64,000 bases of DNA from a virus. Under the pieces are notes generated by a model that saw only the letters and a list, made by a program, of their open reading frames with translations, did not search any database and was not told the DNA's origin. The translations under genes were made by a program, and so were the position numbers. Of the stretch, positions 50,875-60,026 are shown piece after piece. Numbering within the stretch: position 1 is the stretch's first letter; each line of letters starts with the position of its first letter. The stretch covers positions 64,001 to 128,000 of IMG/VR virus record IMGVR_UViG_3300047548_000772; one strand, given 5' to 3'.

Positions 50875-51891
50875 ATGGCAAATCTATTTAAAAAAGCACT
50901 AGTATTCACTGACATCCATTTTGGACTCAAAAGCAATAGTCTTGTACACAACCAGGACTGTTCCCAATTTGTTGATTGGGCGATTCAAACTGCCAAAGAG
51001 CAGGGTTGCGAAACTGGATTCTTTCTTGGCGACTGGCATCACCATCGTGCAAGCATCAACTTACAAACTTTAGACTTTAGTTTACAAAGTTTAGAAAAAC
51101 TAAGTGCAGCGTTTTCTCAGTTCTTTTTTATTCCAGGCAATCACGATTTATACTATCGCGACAAACGTGATATTCATGGTGCTGCTTGGGCCAAGCACTT
51201 GCCCAATATCCATGTGTGCAACGATTGGTTCAACGAAAACGATGTAGTTATTGCTCCATGGTTATGTGGCGATGATCACAAACGTATTCACAAGATGAAG
51301 GGTCAGTATATCTTCGGCCACTTTGAGCTACCTCATTTTAAGATGAATGCTATGGTTGAAATGCCAGATCATGGCGAAATCCAAAGTGAGCACTTTTCAA
51401 ACTTTGCTGAAGTATATTCTGGTCACTTTCACATGCGTCAACACAAACGCAACATTAACTATATCGGCAATGCGTTTCCACATAACTTTGCTGATGCCGG
51501 CGATGACAACCGTGGCTGCATGATTTTGGAATGGGGCAAACCTCCTACATTCCATGCATGGCCAGGGCAACCTACATATCGTGTGTATGATCTAAGCCAG
51601 ATTATTGATAACGGTGCTGCCTTGCTCAAACCAAATATGCATGTGCGTGTAGGACTTGACATTGAGATTTCCTACGAAGAAGCAAACTTTATTAAAGAAA
51701 CATTTATTCGAGACTACAATCTTCGTGAAATGGCACTTATTCCTAACAAGAAAGGTGCACTCGAAGAAGATATGGCACCCGGAGAGGTTAAGTTCGAATC
51801 TGTTGATCAAATTGTAACTGACCAAATTACTAAAATCGAATCTGAGTTTTATGATTCTAAACTATTGCTACAAATTTACCAGGCACTATGA
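50875..51891 (+). CDS. gp47: Recombination endonuclease, gp47/SbcD/Mre11-like
   Basis: Metallophosphoesterase motifs FTDIHFG, LGDWHH, GNHD, GHFE, SGHFH. Confidence 0.92.
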   Translation: MANLFKKALVFTDIHFGLKSNSLVHNQDCSQFVDWAIQTAKEQGCETGFFLGDWHHHRASINLQTLDFSLQSLEKLSAAFSQFFFIPGNHDLYYRDKRDIHGAAWAKHLPNIHVCNDWFNENDVVIAPWLCGDDHKRIHKMKGQYIFGHFELPHFKMNAMVEMPDHGEIQSEHFSNFAEVYSGHFHMRQHKRNINYIGNAFPHNFADAGDDNRGCMILEWGKPPTFHAWPGQPTYRVYDLSQIIDNGAALLKPNMHVRVGLDIEISYEEANFIKETFIRDYNLREMALIPNKKGALEEDMAPGEVKFESVDQIVTDQITKIESEFYDSKLLLQIYQAL

Positions 51892-52973
51892 TTAGAAGTC
51901 TAGGATACTCAGAAGATCAAATCAATCAGTTTGTCAAAGACCAAGGGTACAATGTACTTGGTGAAATTATGATCGCAACAGTTGATACTAACTGGCACCG
52001 ACTGTTGGCTTCTTTAGGAAAAATAAAAAAATCTAGTTACAAAGCCAGCGAAAAATACATTGTTCATCATCAAGACACAGAATATTTCATCGGCAACGTT
52101 GCATTTACTATAGAAAACTTTAATCGAGTCATAAGAGCATTGAATATCGATCCGTGTCGTTTTGTAATCTTTACCAACCATTATGGCAGCACATACAAAT
52201 GGCTGGAGTACTGCAATCACGAAAAAAATCAATTCATTGTGGTCGAATCTCCGTGGACCAATTATGTTCGCTGCGAGCAACCAACTAAGCCCATTGCAAC
52301 AACTAACTGCAACTATCACTTTTCCTGCATTATGGGCAGAGCAAGAGCACACCGTGACAAGTTATCCCACTGGTTGTTAGAAAATCATCTTGATCAATTA
52401 AACCTAGTAGTTTACAATCGTTCCGACGATGCACCGACACCCGAAGAAACATTTTCTCAAACAACAGATTCTATCGGCATTAATCACTTTAGTTACTTGT
52501 CGCCAATTCCATTTACTAGAATCAACGAAGAATGGACTAACTATTCAAAACTTAAATCTAGTTTAATTCCTATAAAGAATTACGAGATTCCACCTTACCA
52601 GTTTAGTGATAAATTTGCTTCTCCGTGGTACGAATCTGTGCTGCTTGACTTAATTACAGAAACTGTGTTTAACTATCCGTATGCGTACATAAGCGAAAAG
52701 ACTATAAGACCAATTGCTGTTGGGCGTCCGTTTGTTATAGTCGGTGCGCCGCAAACACTAGACTGGTTACGCAACATGGGCTTCAATACATTTGATCGTT
52801 GGTGGGACGAATCCTACGACCAATGTCAAGATCCAGACTCGAGGTTACAAAAAGTTTTTGCAACCATTGAGCATATTTGCTCAATTCCATTAGAGCAATG
52901 CCAACAGATGTTAGAAGAAATGGCTCCTGTGTTACTGCACAACCAAAAACGCTACGAAGAACTTGCATTTTGA
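51888..52973 (+). CDS. Putative GT-B glycosyltransferase (GT10-like 'TEK' motif family)
   Basis: DLITETVF...ISEKTIRPIAVGRPFVIVG...GFNTFDRWWDESYD. Confidence 0.55.
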   Translation: MIRSLGYSEDQINQFVKDQGYNVLGEIMIATVDTNWHRLLASLGKIKKSSYKASEKYIVHHQDTEYFIGNVAFTIENFNRVIRALNIDPCRFVIFTNHYGSTYKWLEYCNHEKNQFIVVESPWTNYVRCEQPTKPIATTNCNYHFSCIMGRARAHRDKLSHWLLENHLDQLNLVVYNRSDDAPTPEETFSQTTDSIGINHFSYLSPIPFTRINEEWTNYSKLKSSLIPIKNYEIPPYQFSDKFASPWYESVLLDLITETVFNYPYAYISEKTIRPIAVGRPFVIVGAPQTLDWLRNMGFNTFDRWWDESYDQCQDPDSRLQKVFATIEHICSIPLEQCQQMLEEMAPVLLHNQKRYEELAF

Positions 52974-53803
52974 ATACACTAGAATATATCGAAAGTATGA
53001 TCATTAGACCTTGCAACCTTAGTTGCCAAGGTTGTACCACCTTTAGTGATCTTACATGGGCGGGCTACACCACATGGGAACAAGGTAAAGCTGAAATCGA
53101 ACCTTGGCTTGCAAGACTTAAATTTGAGAGCTGGGGAGTCATGGGCGGAGAGCCGCTAATGAATCCCGATTTAAAAAATTGGCTCAGAGGTATCAGAGAT
53201 TTAATGCCCGAAACTCAAATAAGAGTTGTAACCAATGGGTTGTTATTAAACAAGCATCGATGGATTGTCGATTTATTGCACGAACTAGGCAATAGCACAC
53301 TTAAAATTAGCTATCACTTGCCAGACAATCAACTTGATCAAGAAATTGAGTTTATACAAAAACGCTTTGCATGGAAACCTGTTACAGAGTACGGAATTAA
53401 TCGTTGGCTTACCGATAACGAGTACCGTTTTCAAATTGCTCGTCCTGAAAAGTTTTTAAGAACATTCCGCGGTTCATATGATAACATGATGCCGCACAAT
53501 AACGCACCCAACGAGGCATTTGAAATTTGTGTACAAAAACGTTGCCCGATGATGTTCAAAGGTCGCATATACAAATGTGGTACTGCAGGATTGACTCCAG
53601 ATTTGTTAGAAAGATTTAATTACCCAAACAAAGAAATGTGGGAGCCCTTTATTGACGCTGGTTTGGCGCCTGACTGCTCCGACGACGACCTTGCACGATT
53701 TGTACAGAACTTCGGAAAACCGCATAAAATATGTAGACAATGTCCAACTAACAAAGACATTGAATCATTGATTGACCACACCATTACAGTAAAAAGGAAA
53801 TAA
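52970..53803 (+). CDS. Radical SAM enzyme (MoaA/4Fe-4S single-cluster type with C-terminal Cys motifs)
   Basis: RPCNLSCQGC, MGGEPL, VVTNGLLL, C-terminal CVQKRC...IYKC and CRQCP. TTG start at 52970 (TTGA overlap) preferred. Confidence 0.85.
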   Translation: MNTLEYIESMIIRPCNLSCQGCTTFSDLTWAGYTTWEQGKAEIEPWLARLKFESWGVMGGEPLMNPDLKNWLRGIRDLMPETQIRVVTNGLLLNKHRWIVDLLHELGNSTLKISYHLPDNQLDQEIEFIQKRFAWKPVTEYGINRWLTDNEYRFQIARPEKFLRTFRGSYDNMMPHNNAPNEAFEICVQKRCPMMFKGRIYKCGTAGLTPDLLERFNYPNKEMWEPFIDAGLAPDCSDDDLARFVQNFGKPHKICRQCPTNKDIESLIDHTITVKRK

Positions 53804-53804
53804 C

Positions 53805-54980
53805 ATGTATTCAGTATATCAACACTGGGATCCGCTAAATGTTTGTCTAGTAGGACGAACTTACCCACCAGAGTTTTACTCATGGATTAAGGACCCAGAC
53901 ACCAGATCTAGATTTGAAAAACTTGCCGAGGAAACCGAAGAAGATTACCAAAATCTAATCGGCCTACTGCAAAACAAATTCAATGTAAAAATACATCGAC
54001 CAGAGTTTCCTGAAGATCTTTCTTCACTGTACATCGGTAACAAATGGGTGCAACCACCTACTGCTCCTAGAGATTATTTTCTCATGATTCAAGATAAGTT
54101 TTGGGTTCCGCATGTTCCCAATGCTAGTCATGCATGGTCAGTATTCTATCGCCAAAACAAACAAAGTTGGTGGGATGACTTTATTCGCCCACAAGACTTT
54201 TATGCAGCAATGCCCGAATTTAAAAATGAAATGGAAGAAAAATTCCAACAGTTTCAAATCAACGACCAAGCGCACCTAGATGCTAAGTTAAAATTCTACA
54301 CACATGTATTTGACGACATTCGCGCACAAAATAACGAGATTGTTTATACTGATTTAGACTTTATCAACGGATGCTTTGTAGGACGTTTAGGACAAGATTT
54401 ATATTTTGCTACACAAACTTACCACGATGACAAACAACTCATTTTGGATCAAGTTAACAAACTCTTCCCTGACACACGCAACCACGTAGTTAATTCAGGA
54501 GGACACGGAGATGCTGTGTATTGTCCAGTTACCCCAGGATTAATTATTAGTCTTAACGATGTACCAACCTACGCCGACACTTTCCCAGATTGGGAGGTTG
54601 TGTATTTGCCACCTAGTAACTATTCGCACATGCGAGAATTTGAAGTTTCAATGAAACGAAACAAGGGTCGCTGGTTCATGCCTGGGTTTGAACAAGATAA
54701 CAACCTTATTCACATGGTAGATCACTACTTCGATGAATGGGTTGGGCAAGTTAGTGAAACCGTTTTTGATGTTAACATTCTTATTGTTGATCCTAAAAAC
54801 ATTGTTGTTAGCACACACAACGACAAAGTCGAAGAAGCATGCGCACGACACGGAATCGAAGTTCACGTAAGTCCGTTTAGACACAAGTATTTCTGGGACT
54901 GCGGTATTCATTGTGTAACCAACGATCTTTCTCGCACCGGAACCAAAGAAAACTTTTTCCCAAATCGCCGTCTTGGTTGA
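53805..54980 (+). CDS. Amidinotransferase, copy 2
   Basis: SVYQHWDPLNVCLVGR, APRD, GHGD, DVN, WDCGIHCVTNDL. Confidence 0.85.
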   Translation: MYSVYQHWDPLNVCLVGRTYPPEFYSWIKDPDTRSRFEKLAEETEEDYQNLIGLLQNKFNVKIHRPEFPEDLSSLYIGNKWVQPPTAPRDYFLMIQDKFWVPHVPNASHAWSVFYRQNKQSWWDDFIRPQDFYAAMPEFKNEMEEKFQQFQINDQAHLDAKLKFYTHVFDDIRAQNNEIVYTDLDFINGCFVGRLGQDLYFATQTYHDDKQLILDQVNKLFPDTRNHVVNSGGHGDAVYCPVTPGLIISLNDVPTYADTFPDWEVVYLPPSNYSHMREFEVSMKRNKGRWFMPGFEQDNNLIHMVDHYFDEWVGQVSETVFDVNILIVDPKNIVVSTHNDKVEEACARHGIEVHVSPFRHKYFWDCGIHCVTNDLSRTGTKENFFPNRRLG

Positions 54981-55005
54981 TTCTGTTCAACGTTGACTGT
55001 ATAAT
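54977..55005 (+). promoter_or_regulatory. Sigma70-type promoter TTGATT-N17-TATAAT, 6 nt before the gp46 ATG (leaderless-type)
   Basis: TATAAT at 55000-55005, ATG at 55012. The spacer contains the palindrome tcaacgttga. Confidence 0.6.
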
Positions 55006-55011
55006 TTCTAT

Positions 55012-56775
55012 ATGATTCAGATTAAAGATCTTACTGTTAAAAACTTTATGAGTGTGGGTAATGCCACACAAGCCGTTAACTTCGATCGTCAAGATCTCAC
55101 GCTTGTTTTAGGTGAGAACTTAGACTTAGGCGGCGATGGTTCACGCAACGGAACTGGTAAAACTACTATTATCAATGCGCTGAGTTATGCGCTATATGGC
55201 CAGGCACTAACTAACATTAAGAAAGATAACTTAATCAACAAAACCAATGGCAAGAACATGTTGGTTAGTTTAGAGTTTAATGTAAACGGTCAAGATTATC
55301 GTGTCGAGCGTGGTCGCAAACCCAATCTTCTTAAGTTTTATGTTAACAATGAAGAACAAGCCTCGGAAGATAATGCGCAAGGCGACAGTCGAGAAACACA
55401 ACAAGCCATCGAAGACATTCTCGGTCTTAGCCATGACATGTTTAAGCATGTCTTGGCTCTTAACACTTATACAGAACCGTTCTTAAGTTTAAAGGCCAAC
55501 GATCAACGCACTATTATTGAACAGTTGCTAGGCATTACATTACTGTCCGAACGTGCTGAAAAGATCAAAGAACTAAACAAACAAACCAAAGATGCGATTA
55601 CTCAAGAGGAGTTTCGTATTCGTGCTATTCAAGAAGCCAACAAACGCATCGAAGAACAAATTGAATCACTAAAGAAACGACAAAAGATGTGGGAAGCCAA
55701 GCAAAAAGAAGATTGCGAAAAACTTGGTGCAGCTATTGTAAGCCTTGAACACATTGATATTGATGCAGAGATTCAAGCACACAGAAACTTAGCCGACTAC
55801 AGCGTTCGTAAGAAACAAATTCAAGACGAAGAAACTGCTATCAAACGATTAAAGTTAGATATTGATCGCGAACAAAAGACTATTGCTAAAATCGAAGCAG
55901 ATCTTCAAGCATTGCGCGAACACAAGTGCCATGCTTGCGGACAAGATCTTCACGACTCTAAGCACGAAGAAGTTCTTAAAGTTAAAGAAGCAGACTTAGT
56001 AAGTGCACAAGATAACATTCACTTGCATCAAACACAACTTGCAGAACACGAAAACGAACTAGATGACCTAGGAGAACTAGGGTCACAACCGCAGGTGTTT
56101 TATGATACCATTGAAGATGCACTAAATCATCGCAATAGCTTAGAAATGCTGCGCAAAGACTTAGACAGTCGCAGTCAGGAAGTCGATCCGTATACAGAAC
56201 AAATTGCCGATATGCAAGGACAAGCCTTGCAAGCGATTAGTTATGATACGCTAAACGAATTAACTAGAGTGCAGGATCATCAAGACTTCTTGCTAAAACT
56301 ACTAACCAACAAAGACTCATTTATTCGTAAGAAGATTATCGAACAAAATCTAAGTTACCTGAACTCAAGATTAACACATTACTTAGATCGCATCGGTTTA
56401 CCACACTCTGTAATATTCCAAAATGACTTGTCCGTGGAAATCACTGAACTCGGGCGCGACTTAGACTTTGACAACTTATCTCGTGGTGAACGTAACCGAT
56501 TAATCCTATCAATGTCGTGGGCTTTCCGTGACGTTTGGGAAAGTTTGTACAGCCCAATTAACTTGTTGTTCATTGACGAACTTGTTGATTCGGGTATGGA
56601 CACACAAGGTGTTGAAAACAGTCTAGCATTGCTCAAGAAGATGTCGCGTGAACGTCAAAAATCTATTTGGCTAGTAAGCCACCGCGATGAACTTGCAGGG
56701 CGTGTAGAAAATATTCTTAAAGTTGTTAAAGAAAACGGCTTTACTAGTTATAATACGGATGTTGAGATAGCATGA
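55012..56775 (+). CDS. gp46: Recombination ATPase, gp46/SbcC/Rad50-like
   Basis: Walker A NGTGKTT, coiled coil with CHAC zinc hook, LSRGE signature, LLFIDE Walker B, VSH. Confidence 0.95.
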   Translation: MIQIKDLTVKNFMSVGNATQAVNFDRQDLTLVLGENLDLGGDGSRNGTGKTTIINALSYALYGQALTNIKKDNLINKTNGKNMLVSLEFNVNGQDYRVERGRKPNLLKFYVNNEEQASEDNAQGDSRETQQAIEDILGLSHDMFKHVLALNTYTEPFLSLKANDQRTIIEQLLGITLLSERAEKIKELNKQTKDAITQEEFRIRAIQEANKRIEEQIESLKKRQKMWEAKQKEDCEKLGAAIVSLEHIDIDAEIQAHRNLADYSVRKKQIQDEETAIKRLKLDIDREQKTIAKIEADLQALREHKCHACGQDLHDSKHEEVLKVKEADLVSAQDNIHLHQTQLAEHENELDDLGELGSQPQVFYDTIEDALNHRNSLEMLRKDLDSRSQEVDPYTEQIADMQGQALQAISYDTLNELTRVQDHQDFLLKLLTNKDSFIRKKIIEQNLSYLNSRLTHYLDRIGLPHSVIFQNDLSVEITELGRDLDFDNLSRGERNRLILSMSWAFRDVWESLYSPINLLFIDELVDSGMDTQGVENSLALLKKMSRERQKSIWLVSHRDELAGRVENILKVVKENGFTSYNTDVEIA

Positions 56776-57806
56776 ACTTAGCCTGGGACCACTGGCACAT
56801 TGAGCCATCTAGTATTTGCACCTTAAAATGCCCAAGGTGCCCTCGTGCTGAAGTTCCAGAAAGTTTGCTAAACAGACAATTGACCTTGGATTTTTTTGTA
56901 AATCAATTAGGTGCCGATGTTGTTCGTCAGATTCGTAAAATTACATTCTGCGGCAACGATGGAGACCCAATTTACTGCAAAGATTTTTTAGAAATATGCA
57001 GTTGGATCAAAGAAGTCAATCCATCAATTAACTTAGTACTCATTACCAACGGCAGTTATAAACCTGTTGAATGGTGGACACGTCTTGCAGAAATATTTAA
57101 TGAGCACGACGAAGTGCATTGGAGTTTAGATGGATGGGATCAACACAGCAACGAACAATACCGTGTAAATTCTGATTGGGCGTCAATAGCACAAGGCATA
57201 CGTACATTCCGTTGCTACAACGGATCAACATACACCGTTTGGGCCAGTATTGCTTTTAGATTTAATGAACATGCTATTAACTGGCAAAAGGGCTTAGCCA
57301 AAGAGTGGAGATTTGATCTTTATCAGCTAACAAAAAGCACTAAATTTGCGAGTAAATATCCCGAAGCATATGGCGGTGCACAAGATATGCTCGAACCCAC
57401 TGACCCTAATTTAGTGGCCAGCGGACATCGCTTTGAGCGTGTTTTAACACCTATAAGTGCTAAAATACGCCCCGGGGCAGAACTGAAGGCAATTTTTTTA
57501 CAACGGGCTCAAGACTTAGATAAACATACACAATACTCAGGCATTTGTTTAATAGGCAACAAAGGCGTGTTTTTAAACAGCCAAGGGGAGTTTTATCCTT
57601 GCTGTTGGACCGCTAATAGATACGAACATAATAATTTTTGGCACACACTGGCACAAAGCCGTTTTAATTTAAATCAAAAAACTTTTACAGAGATAATGTC
57701 TGACCCGTTTTGGACGTCAGATTTCTTAAAGTTTGATAGTCTCGAATGCCGCACTAAATGTACACGAGAGAAACTATCAGACTTATCGCACACAACTGAA
57801 TGGTAA
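56772..57806 (+). CDS. Radical SAM enzyme with C-terminal twitch/SPASM-like motif
   Basis: SICTLKCPRCPR, FCGNDGDP, ITNGS, SLDG; C-terminal CLIG...GEFYPCCW and ECRTKC. Confidence 0.88.
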   Translation: MNLAWDHWHIEPSSICTLKCPRCPRAEVPESLLNRQLTLDFFVNQLGADVVRQIRKITFCGNDGDPIYCKDFLEICSWIKEVNPSINLVLITNGSYKPVEWWTRLAEIFNEHDEVHWSLDGWDQHSNEQYRVNSDWASIAQGIRTFRCYNGSTYTVWASIAFRFNEHAINWQKGLAKEWRFDLYQLTKSTKFASKYPEAYGGAQDMLEPTDPNLVASGHRFERVLTPISAKIRPGAELKAIFLQRAQDLDKHTQYSGICLIGNKGVFLNSQGEFYPCCWTANRYEHNNFWHTLAQSRFNLNQKTFTEIMSDPFWTSDFLKFDSLECRTKCTREKLSDLSHTTEW

Positions 57807-57810
57807 CAAA

Positions 57811-58326
57811 TTGACAAGCCCAAGTAAAGCCAAAGGAAACTCGTTTGAACGTCAAACTGCAGATTTTTTAACAAATCTCTATGGAGAGAAGTTTATTCGT
57901 GCACCCGGCTCAGGCGCTTATGTAGGCGGTAAAAATACTCATCGTAAACAACTGTTGCACGAAGGACAAATACGCAACTTTAAAGGGGACATTGTTCCAG
58001 GACAAAGTTTTCCTAAGATGAATGCTGAGTGCAAAAGTTACAAAGAATTTCCATTTCATCAATTATTCTCTGGCGAAGTAAAACTATTAGAATCATGGAT
58101 TGATCAATGTATGGACGTTGCTGACGAGGGCGACTTCAACATTATATTCATGAAATTCAATCGCAAAGGCACTTACGTAGCCATCCAGGCACAACCCAAT
58201 CAAACAGAACTATTTTTTACAAGACACTTTAACTACGCTTCTAAAAAACACGGGCATTGGTTCATTATGGACCATGATTTATTTTTTGAACTAAACGAAG
58301 ACACAGTACGAGAGTTATGTCAGTGA
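57811..58326 (+). CDS. PD-(D/E)XK Holliday-junction resolvase-like nuclease
   Basis: SKAKGNSFER...GDIV...ECKSYK (Hjc-like). TTG start at 57811 preferred. Confidence 0.7.
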   Translation: MTSPSKAKGNSFERQTADFLTNLYGEKFIRAPGSGAYVGGKNTHRKQLLHEGQIRNFKGDIVPGQSFPKMNAECKSYKEFPFHQLFSGEVKLLESWIDQCMDVADEGDFNIIFMKFNRKGTYVAIQAQPNQTELFFTRHFNYASKKHGHWFIMDHDLFFELNEDTVRELCQ

Positions 58327-59261
58327 TTGTCACTGTTGTAACCGACGGCGGATCTGGTGGAACATTCCTAACTTGGAGTTTGCATTTCTTATCCGGCGCA
58401 ACTGAATACTTCAGTACCGAAACTAAATCATGGACTAAGATTGTTGATAACCCGTTAACATCTAAAAACAGTCATGGCTTTATACCAAATCAACTAAACA
58501 GAATTAAAAATCACTCAATCGAAACATTAAACAACCAAATTAAATTATTACAAAACGAACAAACTAACACATTTCATACACTATACTTTCACGAAACCGA
58601 CGATCCAAACCTAGACAACAATGTCATTGACTTAACTAACAAACTAAACAACAAAACAATTTTATTAAGGTCTTATCATTATCCGCTGTATCACGACAAG
58701 TATGCATCAAGAGGTTATACTGCATTATCCCCTGATGATGCATTTGACGAATTTTGCAACAAGTACTTTAAAGATTCAGCAGAAACTTTTCAAAACTTAA
58801 ACTTAACTAATATCTGGGACAAACGAGAGTTCATTGCATTAAACTTTGACGCATTTAGACAACGTAACACTATTAAAGACCCTGACAATTATTACTACTT
58901 AGACGCACTAGAGCTTTGGACTAACTTTGACATTTCAGTCAAAACCCTATTTGACTACTTGAATCTAGGGTTAGATACCGAACGCTTTGAACATTGGAAA
59001 AACATATACAACAACTGGAAAAAATTACAATTCGACAGACTACAATTTCAAACTTACTTCGATAAAATTATTAACTCAATTATTAACAACACCGACTTAG
59101 ACTTAGAACGATTCAATTTAGACATTCAACAAGAAGCAACAATACAAAGAACGTTACTATACAAACACAACTTGGCTCTAAAAACTTGGCAACTTGAAAA
59201 ATTTATTAATACACAACAATTACATTCTCTATTAGAACCAAACACATACCACAATTTATAA
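58317..59261 (+). CDS. Hypothetical protein, 314 aa, AT-rich; possibly sulfotransferase/P-loop-like N-terminus
   Basis: Long ORF; VVTDGGSGGTFLTWSLHF N-terminus; low GC relative to neighbours. Confidence 0.6.
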   Translation: MSVIVTVVTDGGSGGTFLTWSLHFLSGATEYFSTETKSWTKIVDNPLTSKNSHGFIPNQLNRIKNHSIETLNNQIKLLQNEQTNTFHTLYFHETDDPNLDNNVIDLTNKLNNKTILLRSYHYPLYHDKYASRGYTALSPDDAFDEFCNKYFKDSAETFQNLNLTNIWDKREFIALNFDAFRQRNTIKDPDNYYYLDALELWTNFDISVKTLFDYLNLGLDTERFEHWKNIYNNWKKLQFDRLQFQTYFDKIINSIINNTDLDLERFNLDIQQEATIQRTLLYKHNLALKTWQLEKFINTQQLHSLLEPNTYHNL

Positions 59262-59693
59262 GCACCAGCAGTAACAGCTAGCACAGGCTAATATCGTGTG
59301 CCCTATACCTGGATCACAGATCGCAGGGACGGAAGACTCTTCGCTGTAAAGAGCACTCAACTACTACCCGTGAGGATGAAGATCGCCAATGCCGCGATTT
59401 AGTTGTTTGAATAGGAATAAAAGGCTAAAAAGACGCTCAAGACGATTGAGCACGTTGTACAAGTATGATAGCGTATATTTGTATAACCGCCGTTGTAATA
59501 AGACGGGGATGGAGGTACCGGACAACCGCCTCTGCTAAACACCCTAACGCTGTGTGACTATGCTACTCAGATGAAGTCAATCTTTGCCCAGTGCGGGCAA
59601 AGTGTGACCAATTAATCTAGATGAAGCATAAACGCTTCGCTTTAAAAATAAATGTTGTGAGCGTAAGCGAAACAACAGATCACGTAGTGATCT
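59262..59693 (+). ncRNA. Candidate large structured non-coding element (~430 nt); strand inferred from GNRA loops
   Basis: Longest intergenic gap in the window, with at least 12 hairpins read by eye, including ctttgccc/gggcaaag, gctcaa/ttgagc, agatcac/gtgatct and tgttgt-ga-gc-GTAA-gc-gaa-acaaca. Confidence 0.55.
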
Positions 59694-60025
59694 TATATAT
59701 TATCAGGCCAATCTCTAAATAATGCGTGTTGTATATCAGCAGCAACAAACTGATTAAATGATTTGTGTTTCTCTTCGAGTTCACCTTGCTGTGGTACTAC
59801 TCGTTGGAATGCTTGTTCCATTTGTGCCATGTTGTTAAATTCCATGAGTATCATCCACTCTGGCATATCAGCAATACTACGGAATCCCATTTTGCAACGA
59901 GTAATTCTGTACGATACCATTTTGCCTTCTGATACTAAGTGATCAAAAAACTTCTTCATGTTGTTGACCCAGTCTAGATCAGAAATGTCGCCTTCTTTGT
60001 TTGCCCAAATTGTATAAATGTCCAT
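59693..60025 (-). CDS. Small dimeric alpha/beta-barrel-like protein (resembles DUF6614 from memory), 110 aa
   Basis: MDIYTIW...DLDWV...FFDHL...G....YRITRCKMG...PEW.I.MEF...Q...AF...ALFRDWPD; AGAGG Shine-Dalgarno supports the start at 60025. Confidence 0.55.
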   Translation of the reverse strand: MDIYTIWANKEGDISDLDWVNNMKKFFDHLVSEGKMVSYRITRCKMGFRSIADMPEWMILMEFNNMAQMEQAFQRVVPQQGELEEKHKSFNQFVAADIQHALFRDWPDNI

Positions 60026-60026
60026 G

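Noticed and set aside
50875-56775. Bacterial chromosomal sbcCD with an O-antigen locus
   Set aside because: gp55, baseplate genes, late promoters and the short gp46-type coiled coil indicate a T4-like phage.
59552-59580. Group I intron P7 (GACUA ... AGAUGAAGUC resembling R and S elements)
   Set aside because: Only about 8 nt separate the elements, too few for P3' plus P8, and no interrupted gene flanks the region.
59570-59680. Hammerhead ribozyme suggested by cAGATGA/tAGATGA and TGA-gc-GTAA-gc-GAAA
   Set aside because: The invariant CUGANGA core is absent, and no stem I/III with a UH cleavage site can be built.
59262-59693. tmRNA or tRNA in the long gap
   Set aside because: No acceptor stem, TpsiC arm or CCA end seen. 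No tRNA was recognised anywhere in the window.
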